Origin: Candidatus Methylomirabilales bacterium
Lineage (GTDB): Bacteria > Methylomirabilota > Methylomirabilia > Methylomirabilales > CSP1-5
Assembly (NCBI GenBank): GCA_046758405.1
Contig: JBHIAD010000003.1
Span: 1-32,242, forward strand
DNA: 32,242 nt
Direction of reading: 5' to 3'
Positions within the stretch are counted from its first letter, which is position 1. Every line of letters starts with the position of its first letter. This document shows, one piece after another, positions 1 through 11,357 of this stretch. A program made the translations under genes and the position numbers. The notes under the pieces are model-generated. The model saw only the letters and a list, made by a program, of their open reading frames with translations. It was not told the origin of the DNA and did no database searches.

Positions 1-1871
1 CGCGTCGCCATCACCAGGTACCGATCCACCTCGAATTGGCGGATCGGGATCATGGCGGTGACCCCCTCGCCCTCCTGCAGGGAGAGGAAGTTGACGAGGG
101 ATTTGCCCTTGGCGGCCCGACCGACCTGTGGAATCTCATGCACCTTGAGCCAGTGGACCTTCCCCAGATTGGTGAAGAGGAGCAGGTAGCTGTGGGTGGT
201 GGCGACGAAGAGGTGCTCGATGTAATCCTCATCCTTGGTGGACATCCCGGTCATCCCCTTGCCGCCGCGCCGCTGGGACCGGTAGACCGTCAGCGGGCTC
301 CGCTTGATGTAGCCGCTGTGGGTCACGGTGACGACCATCTCCTCGTCGGCCACCATGTCCTCGAGGGAGATCTCCGCCGTCTCCTCCAGGATCTCCGTCC
401 GGCGCACGTCGCCGTACGTCGCCTTCAACCCCTCAAGCTCCTCGCGGATCAACTGCCGGACTAACGCCTCGCTCGCCAGGATCGCCTTCAGCCGCTCGAT
501 GAGCTGGAGCGTCTCCCCGTACTCCTCCTGGATCTTCTGTCGTTCCAGTTGGGTCAGGCGTTGCAGCCTGAGCTCCAGCACGGCGTTCGCCTGGGTCTCC
601 GACATGCCGAATTGTTCGATCAGGCCAGACCGGGCTTCAGCCACAGCCCGCGAGGCTCGGATCAGCGCGATCACGGCATCGAGGTGATCGAGGGCGATCC
701 GATAGCCCTCCAGGACGTGGGCTCGCTCCTCGGCCTTTCGGAGATCGAAGCGGGTCCGGCGCAGGACCACCGCCTTCCGGTGCTCGATGAAGTGGCCGAT
801 GAGCTCCGGCAGGGTGAGGACCCTGGGCTGGTTGTCCACGAGGGCGAGCATGATGACGCCGAAGGTCGACTGCATGGGGGTGAGCTTGTAGAGCGAGTTC
901 AGGATGGGCAAGGCGGCCTCGTCCTTCTTGAGCTCCAAAACGATCCGCATCCCCTCGCGGTCCGACTCATCCCGGAGATCTGCGACGCCCTCGATCCTCT
1001 TCTCCCGGGCGAGCTCGGCGATCCGCTCCACCAGCTTGGCCTTGTTGACCTGGTAAGGGAGCTCCGTGATGACGATGTTCTCGCGCCCACCCCGCACCTT
1101 CTCCACGGCCGCCTTGGCCCGCATCTGGATCAGCCCGCGCCCCGTCCGGTACGCATCCAGGACGCCCTGCCGCCCGTAGATGTATCCCGCCGTGGGGAAG
1201 TCAGGCCCCGGGAGGACCCGCATCAGCTCGTCGAGGGTCACGTCTGGGTTCTCGATCTGCAACAGGGCCGCCTCCACCACTTCGCCCAGGTTGTGGGGGG
1301 GGATGTTCGTCGCCATCCCCACGGCGATGCCCGCGGAGCCGTTGACCAGCAGGTTGGGGAGCACCGTCGGCAGGACGACCGGCTCCCGGGTCGAGTCGTC
1401 GTAGTTGGGGATGAACTCCACCGTCTCCTTGTCGATATCCCGGAGCATCTCCTGGGCAATCCGGGCCAGGCGGACCTCGGTATACCGCATCGCCGCCGGT
1501 GCGTCGCCGTCCACCGAGCCGAAGTTGCCCTGCCCATCAATCAGCGGGGACCGCATGGAGAAGTCCTGGACCAGCCGCACGACCGTGTCATAGACGGCGG
1601 CATCGCCGTGGGGATGGTACTTCCCCAGCACGTCGCCGACCACCCGGGCCGACTTCCGGTAGGGCCGGTTAAAGGCCAGGCCCATCTCGTGCATGGCGTA
1701 GAGCACCCGCCGGTGGACCGGCTTGAGCCCATCCCGGACGTCCGGCAGGGCCCGGCCGATGATGACCGACATCGCGTAGTCCACGTAGGAGCGTCGCATC
1801 TCCTCGTGGATGTCAGTCGGTCGGACCTCGCCGATGCGCGTCTGGGCGATGTTGTCGCTCTCTTCGGGCAA
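1..1871 (-). CDS. gyrA: DNA gyrase subunit A (3' end runs off the window)
   Basis: Not in the ORF track because it is open-ended. Manual translation gives [44 protein letters not shown], catalytic AAMRYTE and the GyrA-box QRRGGKG (~255-275). TTG start at 1871 with GAGGAGG RBS; alternative in-frame GTG at 1895. Confidence 0.97.
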   Translation of the reverse strand, partial: MPEESDNIAQTRIGEVRPTDIHEEMRRSYVDYAMSVIIGRALPDVRDGLKPVHRRVLYAMHEMGLAFNRPYRKSARVVGDVLGKYHPHGDAAVYDTVVRLVQDFSMRSPLIDGQGNFGSVDGDAPAAMRYTEVRLARIAQEMLRDIDKETVEFIPNYDDSTREPVVLPTVLPNLLVNGSAGIAVGMATNIPPHNLGEVVEAALLQIENPDVTLDELMRVLPGPDFPTAGYIYGRQGVLDAYRTGRGLIQMRAKAAVEKVRGGRENIVITELPYQVNKAKLVERIAELAREKRIEGVADLRDESDREGMRIVLELKKDEAALPILNSLYKLTPMQSTFGVIMLALVDNQPRVLTLPELIGHFIEHRKAVVLRRTRFDLRKAEERAHVLEGYRIALDHLDAVIALIRASRAVAEARSGLIEQFGMSETQANAVLELRLQRLTQLERQKIQEEYGETLQLIERLKAILASEALVRQLIREELEGLKATYGDVRRTEILEETAEISLEDMVADEEMVVTVTHSGYIKRSPLTVYRSQRRGGKGMTGMSTKDEDYIEHLFVATTHSYLLLFTNLGKVHWLKVHEIPQVGRAAKGKSLVNFLSLQEGEGVTAMIPIRQFEVDRYLVMAT

Positions 1872-1937
1872 CAGAGCCTCCTCGTCTTCCGTCACGCCAC
1901 CCCAGCCAGCCCCTCACCCCTGCGGGGTGCTGTCCGG

Positions 1938-4617
<2,680 letters not shown>

Positions 4618-4623
4618 GGCCCC

Positions 4624-5727
4624 TCAGATCCGCATCGGCATGATCACGCAGCGATACCCCTCCCCTTGCTTTGGTCGAAAGAGGGCTGGACTCAATGGGT
4701 CATTGAGGTGAAGCGTCACCTCTGCCTCGTTCACCACCCCGAGGAAGTCCATGATGTACCGGGCATTGAAGCCGACCCGGAGATCCGCTCCCCGGTACTC
4801 GATCAGGATCTCTTCGCGAGCATCCCCAAGATCGGCGTTGCTGCACGAGACCACCAGCCGGCCCGTCTTCAGTTCAAGAATGGTGGGTGTCGCACGATCC
4901 CCAACGATCGTTGAAGTCCGGCGCAACGCCCCCAGGAGATCCTCCTTCCGGATCATCGCCCCAGCGCTACTCGTGGTCGGTAGCACCTGCTGGTAATTCG
5001 GAAATTGGCCCTCCAAGAGGCGTGCGGTCAAGATGTTGCGATCCAGGATGAAGATGAGCTGGTTGTCCACGGCGTGCACCTGCGCCTCACCCTCTTCATC
5101 CTTGAGGAGTTTTCCCAGTTCCAGAAGGGCCTTGCGAGGGATCAGAGCTTCTGAGATCCCCTCCCCTTGCACTTCCGCACGCGGAGCGGTGGCCAGCGCA
5201 AGCCGGTGCCCGTCCGTAGCGACCATCCGCGCGTCGTCAGGCCCGATCTGGAGCATCGCCCCGTTCAGGGTGGGGCGCGTCTGATCAGTCGAGACCGCGA
5301 AGAGCGTCCTGTGAATCATCTCTTTGAGGCCCCGTCGACTCAGTGTGACCCTCGGGCCCTTAGTCGCCACGGGGAGGGTTGGAAACTCTTCCTTTGCCAG
5401 TCCCTTCACGTGAAAGGTGGAGCGCTCACACGTGATCTGGACGACGTGGTCCTCCACTTGTTTGAGGTGAATTGGAGCTGGGGGAAGTTCACGAGTGATA
5501 TCGTAGAGTCTCTTGGCCGGCAACGTGATCGCCCCCGGCTGGAGAACCTCTCCCGATAAAGTCGATTGAATCCCAACGTCAAGGTCCGTTCCAAAAACGA
5601 GAATCTGTCCATCTCTTGTCTCGAGGAGGAGGTGGGAGAGAATGGCAAGGGTCTTTTTCGCCTCCACGACCCCTTGCACTTGCCCAAGAGCTGTTAGGAA
5701 GGTATCCCGCTCGACCTGAATTTCCAT
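4624..5727 (-). CDS. dnaN: DNA polymerase III beta sliding clamp
   Basis: 367 aa; GTDLDVGI, RMVATDGHRLA, RLLEGQFPNYQQVLP, GFNARY, C-terminal VIMPMRI; GGAGGGG RBS. Confidence 0.98.
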   Translation of the reverse strand: MEIQVERDTFLTALGQVQGVVEAKKTLAILSHLLLETRDGQILVFGTDLDVGIQSTLSGEVLQPGAITLPAKRLYDITRELPPAPIHLKQVEDHVVQITCERSTFHVKGLAKEEFPTLPVATKGPRVTLSRRGLKEMIHRTLFAVSTDQTRPTLNGAMLQIGPDDARMVATDGHRLALATAPRAEVQGEGISEALIPRKALLELGKLLKDEEGEAQVHAVDNQLIFILDRNILTARLLEGQFPNYQQVLPTTSSAGAMIRKEDLLGALRRTSTIVGDRATPTILELKTGRLVVSCSNADLGDAREEILIEYRGADLRVGFNARYIMDFLGVVNEAEVTLHLNDPLSPALFRPKQGEGYRCVIMPMRI

Positions 5728-6175
5728 CTACCCCTCCAAGATGTTCCCAGTTTCCGCACTCGTACTTTCCTTGTATAGAAAGTAACTAAGAAGAGTTGAC
5801 GTAGTAGGACACGCGAGTATCGGGAAAACCAACGGAAACTCCCTGCCATAAAAAGAAACTCCTCTGTGGGGAAGTTCTAGCATGAATTCGACTTCCTTCG
5901 AAAAGGGGAGTGATGACGCTCTCCTGTCAACACACACGCAGGGCTGCCCACATCCCCATCAACATGATTCCACTCCCCTAAGACTCATGCACCTTTCCTC
6001 GAAGACTAGGGGTTGGCCGCCCTCGGATGGAGGGCGGCGCACGCATCCTTCCTCCTGGGGGAGCGTTGCTGGTATCCACACCGCCGGTTCCGCGTCATTG
6101 GCGCCAGCGGAATGGGGCGAGGCCGCCAGACCCGCATCCTGCCTGATTGAAAAGCCATCGGGTTTACACACACCC

Positions 6176-6195
6176 ATTTCCACAGTTGTGGATAA
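6176..6195. promoter_or_regulatory. Inverted pair of DnaA boxes
   Basis: ATTTCCACA-gt-TGTGGATAA; the second box is an exact reverse complement of TTATCCACA. Confidence 0.8.
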
Positions 6196-6226
6196 TATAA
6201 AAAATACGTGTATTTTCAAACGGTTA
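6196..6226 (+). promoter_or_regulatory. IHF-like site with upstream A-tract
   Basis: TTTCAAACGGTTA (6214-6226) differs from consensus WATCAANNNNTTR at one position and is preceded by an A-tract. It overlaps the palindrome AAAATAC-GT-GTATTTT (6201-6216). Confidence 0.45.
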
Positions 6227-6315
6227 CGATATGCTGAGTCGATCGGATCACCGAGCCCACACACACAAGAGGCTCCCTTAGTAAGCCCGCCCCGCTCCAC
6301 AACCCCCAACTGGAT

Positions 6316-6344
6316 TTTGTACCATAGCGCGCAGATTCTCGCAA
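6316..6344 (-). promoter_or_regulatory. sigma70-type promoter facing dnaN (the usual dnaA promoter position)
   Basis: Minus strand TTGCGA-17nt-TACAAA with TG extended -10. Confidence 0.45.
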
Positions 6345-6377
6345 TTGGAATTTATCCTCTGGGCCACTGTGTAGCGC

Positions 6378-6406
6378 TTGACAGCCCGCGAGCTGACTGC
6401 TATAAA
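6378..6406 (+). promoter_or_regulatory. sigma70 promoter of the rpmH operon
   Basis: TTGACA-17nt-TATAAA with TGn extension, 47 nt before rpmH. Confidence 0.8.
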
Positions 6407-6453
6407 AGTACGTTAGTTTTCGAGAGGGATCAGGGCTCCCCGGGGGAGAGCGG

Positions 6454-6588
6454 TTGAAGCGGACCTACCAACCCAGTCGAGTCAAGCGGAAGAGAACCCA
6501 CGGGTTTCGGGCGCGCATGCGGACGAAGGGGGGACGCCTTGTGCTCAAGCGGCGGCGCGCCAAGGGACGAAAACGACTCACCGTCTGA
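6454..6588 (+). CDS. rpmH: 50S ribosomal protein L34
   Basis: Below the ORF-track cutoff. TTG start; [44 protein letters not shown]. Confidence 0.98.
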   Translation: MKRTYQPSRVKRKRTHGFRARMRTKGGRLVLKRRRAKGRKRLTV

Positions 6589-6615
6589 CCGACCAGATCT
6601 TTCCCCGAAAGCGAT

Positions 6616-7035
6616 ATGACCGAGCGTTTCACCAAGAAGGCCCGGCTCTGCGAGACGGGGGAGTATAGGACCGCCCTGACCTGTGGGAGGCGGGTTGACG
6701 GGCGCGGATTGAGCCTGGTAACGTATCACCGTCGGCTCCCGGGGCGCCGCCTGGGTTTGGCCATCGGACGGCCTGCGGGCCAGGCGGTTGCGCGCAATCG
6801 CATCAAGCGGCGCTTGCGGGAATTCTTCCGGCGGCACGCGGCCGGGATCGTGGACGGAGTCGATCTGATCGTCATGGTGCACCGAGACCTCTCCCGTCTT
6901 TCCGGAGTTCAGTTTCGCGCGGAACTCCACGAGCTCTTTGCCAGGGCAGAGCTCTGGACGGACGGGCCTCGCCGTGGCGGGGTGGCAGATGGTGAAGCCA
7001 AGTCTTGCGGTACGGGCGACCTTCTTACTCCTTGA
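6616..7035 (+). CDS. rnpA: Ribonuclease P protein component
   Basis: RLGLAI...AVARNRIKRRLREFFR (RNR motif); follows rpmH. Confidence 0.93.
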   Translation: MTERFTKKARLCETGEYRTALTCGRRVDGRGLSLVTYHRRLPGRRLGLAIGRPAGQAVARNRIKRRLREFFRRHAAGIVDGVDLIVMVHRDLSRLSGVQFRAELHELFARAELWTDGPRRGGVADGEAKSCGTGDLLTP

Positions 7036-7216
7036 CGGTTATCGTTGGCTGGTGTCGCCCTTCCTGTCGCCGGCGTGTCGCTTCATCCCGAGCTGCTCCA
7101 CCTATGCCCGGCAGGCCTTCGAGCGACACGGGTTCCTCCGGGGCCTCTCCCTGACGGCTTGGCGGCTTCTGCGGTGTCATCCATACTGTGCGGGTGGCGA
7201 GGACTCGGTCCCCTAA
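6989..7216 (+). CDS. yidD: Membrane protein insertion efficiency factor YidD
   Basis: YRWLVSP...CRFIPSCSTY...HG...RLLRCHP...GGEDSVP; ATG at 6989. Confidence 0.93.
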   Translation: MVKPSLAVRATFLLLDGYRWLVSPFLSPACRFIPSCSTYARQAFERHGFLRGLSLTAWRLLRCHPYCAGGEDSVP

Positions 7217-7273
7217 CCTGGCACCACGGAGAGATCAGGATTCATGCGGGGCCTCGGGGACGGCGATCGTGAA

Positions 7274-8920
7274 ATGCAGTGGCGCGTGCTGCTCGCCGCC
7301 CTTCTCTCCCTCCTGATCCTCCTCGGCTACCAGTATTTGTTCGCACCTACGCCGCGCCCCACCTCTTCGCCGCCGCCGAAGGAAGAGCCCGTAGCCTCCC
7401 CACCCCTTCTCCCACAAATCCCTCAGCCGATCACCCCCCCAGTCGCAGCCCAGCCCAGCACCCCTCTCATCCAGGCCGAGCGCGAGAAAGAGATCCTGCT
7501 CGAGACCGATCTGCTTCGGGTCGTGGTCACGAACCGGGGGGGTGCCGTGAAAAGTTGGCGGCTGAGGGCGTACGAGGAGGCGGCTGGCGAGCCGGTCGAG
7601 CTCGTTGGCAGTAACGGCCAGAGTGGGCCCCTCCCCCTTGCGGCCTGGACAGCCGATGGAGAGGGGCAGAGGGGGCTGTACCGGATCATCGAGCGGCCGA
7701 CGGCCGGCGGGCCCCAGACCGTGCTGCTCCGCTTCCAGGGACGATCGCGGCTGATCATTGAGAAGCGGCTGACCCTTTACCCGAGTCGCTACCTGGCGGA
7801 CCTCGTGGTGCGGGTCGTGAACCCAGGCCTCGCACCGATCCAGACGGACCTTCGGGTCCAATGGGGGCCGGGTCTCCGGTCAGGGTCGCGGGATGTCGCG
7901 GCCAGCCTCGTGGCCGCGACTGCCTATGTGGGGGGCAAGCGAGTCCAGCCGACGTTGAAGGAGCCGGGGCAAGAGCATCGGGAGAAGGGGTCGGTGGAAT
8001 GGGCGGCCGTGCAAGACACCTATTTTGCGGCGGCGCTCCTTTCGCCCGAGGGTTCGAGCGAGTCGGTTCTGGCCCTCGACGAGCGGGGGCGGCCCATCGC
8101 CGGGCTTCTCTTCTCGGGGCTTACGATCCCGGCCGGGGGAGGGCGGGAGGTGCCCCTCGGCCTCTATGCGGGCCCGAAGGACCTGGATCGCCTGGGCGAT
8201 ATCGGCCGAGGGCTCAGCGCTCTGGTCAATCTCGGCTGGTTCGACTTCCTGGCGCGGCCTGCCCTCTGGTTGCTGAAGTTCTTCTATCGATTCACGGGTA
8301 ACTACGGAATCGCCATTATCATCATCACGATCCTGCAGAAGGTTGCCTTCTACCCCCTCACCCGCAAGAGCCTGGAGTCCATGCGGCGGATGCAAGCCCT
8401 GCAGCCGAAGATCGCCACGCTGAAGGAGCGCTACAAGAACAATCCGAAGAAGCTCAACGAGGAGACGATGGCCCTCTACAAACGGGAGGGGGCGAATCCC
8501 TTGGGGGGCTGCCTCCCGATGCTCGTGCAGATTCCGATCTTTATTGCCCTGTATAATGCCCTCTCCAGCTCCGTCGAGCTGTGGCGGGCCCCCTTCGTCC
8601 TGTGGATCAGCGACCTTTCAGCCCCGGACACCCTTTTCATGATCGAGCTGTACGGCTCGACAGTCCCGGTGCGCGTCCTACCCCTGATCATGGGGGCGAG
8701 CATGTATATTCAGCAAAAGATGACCCCGACGGCTGGGGATCCCCGCCAGGCCCAACTGATGCTGTACATGATGCCCGTCCTGTTTACCTTCCTCTTCTGG
8801 GGGTTCCCGTCGGGGCTCGTTCTCTACTGGCTGGGCAACAACCTCCTCCAGATCGGGCAGCAGCATCTCATGAACCGGCAGCAGGGGGTCGCGGCGGGCG
8901 CCGGGCAGATGGCCAGGTGA
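7274..8920 (+). CDS. yidC: Membrane protein insertase YidC
   Basis: N-terminal TM, periplasmic domain, GNYGIAIII, SMRRMQALQPK, NPLGGCLPMLVQIPIF, WISDLSAPD, PSGLVLYW; alternative start at 7244. Confidence 0.97.
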   Translation: MQWRVLLAALLSLLILLGYQYLFAPTPRPTSSPPPKEEPVASPPLLPQIPQPITPPVAAQPSTPLIQAEREKEILLETDLLRVVVTNRGGAVKSWRLRAYEEAAGEPVELVGSNGQSGPLPLAAWTADGEGQRGLYRIIERPTAGGPQTVLLRFQGRSRLIIEKRLTLYPSRYLADLVVRVVNPGLAPIQTDLRVQWGPGLRSGSRDVAASLVAATAYVGGKRVQPTLKEPGQEHREKGSVEWAAVQDTYFAAALLSPEGSSESVLALDERGRPIAGLLFSGLTIPAGGGREVPLGLYAGPKDLDRLGDIGRGLSALVNLGWFDFLARPALWLLKFFYRFTGNYGIAIIIITILQKVAFYPLTRKSLESMRRMQALQPKIATLKERYKNNPKKLNEETMALYKREGANPLGGCLPMLVQIPIFIALYNALSSSVELWRAPFVLWISDLSAPDTLFMIELYGSTVPVRVLPLIMGASMYIQQKMTPTAGDPRQAQLMLYMMPVLFTFLFWGFPSGLVLYWLGNNLLQIGQQHLMNRQQGVAAGAGQMAR

Positions 8921-8960
8921 CGGGCCGCTGCGTGGGGAGCCCCTGCAGGGGGAGAAGGGA

Positions 8961-9848
8961 ATGGGAAAGGCGGCCGTCGAGCAGATCGGTGAGCGGACTT
9001 TCCTCATCCCGGGGCACGTCAATGTCGGGATGGTCCGGGAGGGAACGGCCCTCATCTTGATCGACAGCGGGCCCGACCGGAAGGCGGCGGAGCTGGTGCT
9101 CAGGATTGCGAAGGAGATGAAGGGAGACGTCCGGGCCATCATTAACACCCACGCCCACGCCGAGCACTACGGGGCAAACCACTACATCCTCCGCCAGACC
9201 GGAGCCGAAATCTTCGCCCCCCCTCTCGAAGAGGCCCTTATCCGGAATCCAGATGTGGAGCCCCTCTACCTCTACGGCGCCTTCCCACCCCTTGCCCTTC
9301 AGGACCCCCACATCCTCGCCCGACCAAGCCGGGTGGACCACGTACTCCGGGGGCCGGTGATCATCGACGGAGTGACTCTTACGCCGGTTCCACTGCCGGG
9401 CCATACGCCGAATCAGATGGGGGTCGTGGTCGATGACATCTTCTTCGTTGCGGATGCCCTCTTCAGTCGGGAGGCCGTCCTTGAGCACCGGCTGATCTAC
9501 TATTACGATCCCCTCAGACACCGCGAGACCCTTGCCTTTCTCTCCCGCCAGGAGGCGCGCCTGTTCGTCCCCGCCCACGGCCGGCCCACGCATGACATAC
9601 GGGGCTTGATTGACGCCAACCGGAAGAACCTGGAGGAGACGGCGGAGGCGATCCTGGCTGCCATCAGCGTCCCCCGGAGTGCCGAGCAGGTCCTGGAGCT
9701 GCTCGCCGGCCAGTTCGATCTCGACATGAGCTTTGAGGCGTACTGTCTCTACCTCTGCGCCGTCAAGGCCCACCTCTCGGCCATGAACCGGGAAGGAAGG
9801 GCTGCCTGGGAGCTCGACAAGGGCTGCCTGCTGTGGAAGCGGACCTAG
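8961..9848 (+). CDS. MBL-fold metallo-hydrolase
   Basis: LIDSG, NTHAHAEH (HxHxDH with D->E), PGHT, ADA, PAHG motifs; short helical C-terminal domain. Confidence 0.88.
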   Translation: MGKAAVEQIGERTFLIPGHVNVGMVREGTALILIDSGPDRKAAELVLRIAKEMKGDVRAIINTHAHAEHYGANHYILRQTGAEIFAPPLEEALIRNPDVEPLYLYGAFPPLALQDPHILARPSRVDHVLRGPVIIDGVTLTPVPLPGHTPNQMGVVVDDIFFVADALFSREAVLEHRLIYYYDPLRHRETLAFLSRQEARLFVPAHGRPTHDIRGLIDANRKNLEETAEAILAAISVPRSAEQVLELLAGQFDLDMSFEAYCLYLCAVKAHLSAMNREGRAAWELDKGCLLWKRT

Positions 9849-10489
9849 GGGTCCGCCTCGCTCGCGAGAGCGGGCGGCTCGGCCTCTCTCTCCCCCCCTC
9901 CCAGATCGGGGACCTCCTGCGCTATATGGACCTCCTCTGGCGGTGGAACGCCCGGATGAATCTGGTTGGGTTTCGGGATCGGACGGTCCTGCTGACCGAG
10001 GGAGTGATCGACGCCCTGACCCTTCTGTCTGCCTTCACGCCCCACCCTGGGCAGCGGCTCCTCGATGTGGGGAGCGGGGCGGGACTCCCGGGGATTCCCC
10101 TCAAGGTGGCCGCGCCGGAGATCGACGCAACCCTCTTGGAGCCGATCCGGAAGCGCGTCTCCTTTCTGCTCACCGTGGTGCGGGAGCTCGGACTCACGCG
10201 GATCCGGGTGGTTCGCGGGCGAAGCGAAGAGATCAGCTCCCTGGAGGAGCACCGGCGGGCCTATGAGATCGTCACGGCCCGGGCCGTTGCCGGGGTTGAG
10301 GAGGCCGCCCGGACGGCCGCCCCCTTTGTGGCTCCGCATGGCCTCCTGATTCTCCCACGAGGCCAAGAGGCCGCTAGGGAGGCCGAGGGGTTGAGGGGAG
10401 GGAGCGCCGGAGGGCTCGTGGTCGATCGGCTCCTACCGAGCCCTCTTGGGAGGGGGGATCGCCATCTCCTCCTCCTGCGCGCCCCCTAA
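9833..10489 (+). CDS. rsmG: 16S rRNA m7G527 methyltransferase RsmG (GidB)
   Basis: WNARMNL, LDVGSGAGLPGIPL, KRVSFL, TARAV; located directly before parA. Confidence 0.93.
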   Translation: MEADLGVRLARESGRLGLSLPPSQIGDLLRYMDLLWRWNARMNLVGFRDRTVLLTEGVIDALTLLSAFTPHPGQRLLDVGSGAGLPGIPLKVAAPEIDATLLEPIRKRVSFLLTVVRELGLTRIRVVRGRSEEISSLEEHRRAYEIVTARAVAGVEEAARTAAPFVAPHGLLILPRGQEAAREAEGLRGGSAGGLVVDRLLPSPLGRGDRHLLLLRAP

Positions 10490-10505
10490 TGTTTCACGTG
10501 AAACA
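10490..10505. promoter_or_regulatory. parS centromere site
   Basis: Perfect palindrome TGTTTCACGTGAAACA, the canonical parS consensus, immediately after the rsmG stop and upstream of parA. Confidence 0.95.
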
Positions 10506-10580
10506 GTGCTCCCCGAAACCCCTTCCGCCCCCCCGAGGGGTTGTGCTATGGTCTTCGGAGCCTCCTGGGAGGAGGCGCGG

Positions 10581-11357
10581 GTGGGTCGAATCATCGCGGT
10601 CGCGAATCAGAAGGGGGGGGTGGGCAAGACGACAACGGTCGTGAACCTCGCAGCCTGTTTCGGGGCGGCGGAGCAGCCCACCCTGCTCGTCGACATGGAC
10701 CCCCAGGGTAACGCCTCCACCGGGGTCGGGATTTCGCGCGAACGACTCGGACCGAGCATCTATGAGGTGCTCCTGGGGCAGGCGAAGGCGGGCGAGGCGA
10801 TCGAGGGGACGGAGGTCCCAGCCCTGAAGGTTCTCCCGTCTGGCCCGGGCCTTCTCGGCGCCGAGGTGGAGCTGGTCACCGAGGAGGGGCGCGAGTGGCG
10901 GCTAAAGGAAGCCCTGGCGGAGCTCCGGGGCGATTTCACCTACACCGTGATCGACTGCCCCCCCTCTCTGGGCCTGCTCACGCTCAATGCCCTGAATGCG
11001 GCCGACTCGGTCCTCATCCCGCTGCAATGCGAGTACTATGCCCTCGAAGGGCTCTCGCAGTTGTTAGTGACGATCCGTCTGATCCGCCGCCGCTATAACC
11101 CCGCCCTACAGATCGAAGGTGTCGTCCTCACCATGTACGACCCGCGCCCCAATCTCAGCCGTCAAGTCGAGGCGGACATCCGGAAGAACTTCCCCGGTCG
11201 GGTCTTTCGGACGGTGGTGCCCCGGAGCATTCGGCTGAGCGAGGCCCCGAGCTTCGGGAAACCGATTCTCCTCTCCGCCAGCCGGTCCGCAGGGGCCCGG
11301 GCGTATCTTTCACTCGCCAGGGAGGTGATTGATGGGAGCACGGCAGGCCCTCGGTAG
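10581..11357 (+). CDS. parA: Chromosome partitioning ATPase ParA/Soj
   Basis: ANQKGGVGKTT, DMDPQGNAS, DCPPSLGLLT, QCEYYALEG, SEAPSFGKP; GTG at 10581 with GGAGGAGG RBS. Confidence 0.97.
   Translation: MGRIIAVANQKGGVGKTTTVVNLAACFGAAEQPTLLVDMDPQGNASTGVGISRERLGPSIYEVLLGQAKAGEAIEGTEVPALKVLPSGPGLLGAEVELVTEEGREWRLKEALAELRGDFTYTVIDCPPSLGLLTLNALNAADSVLIPLQCEYYALEGLSQLLVTIRLIRRRYNPALQIEGVVLTMYDPRPNLSRQVEADIRKNFPGRVFRTVVPRSIRLSEAPSFGKPILLSASRSAGARAYLSLAREVIDGSTAGPR

Larger units (their letters stand above)
5760..6230. other. Putative replication origin (oriC)
   Basis: Divergence point between dnaN and rpmH, AT-rich relative to its flanks. Perfect DnaA box TGTGGATAA 6187-6195; 1-mismatch boxes ATTTCCACA 6176-6184, GTTTACACA 6162-6170, GTATCCACA 6072-6080; degenerate boxes at 5865-5873 and 5924-5932. 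Trio-like tract near 5775-5808. Confidence 0.7.

Noticed and set aside
5402-5417. parS-like CCCTTCACGTGAAAGG inside dnaN
   Set aside because: Five mismatches to the 16-bp consensus, including the outer TG/CA; explained by the FHVK codons.
5925-5930. TTGACA on the minus strand as a dnaN -35
   Set aside because: No -10 at 16-18 nt spacing; better read as part of a degenerate DnaA box.
5728-6457. ORFs 5728-5937(-), 5882-6457(+) and 5959-6309(-) as DnaA or a replacement initiator
   Set aside because: No DnaA, Rep or HTH motifs; Ser/Pro/His-rich composition; they run through DnaA boxes and promoters.
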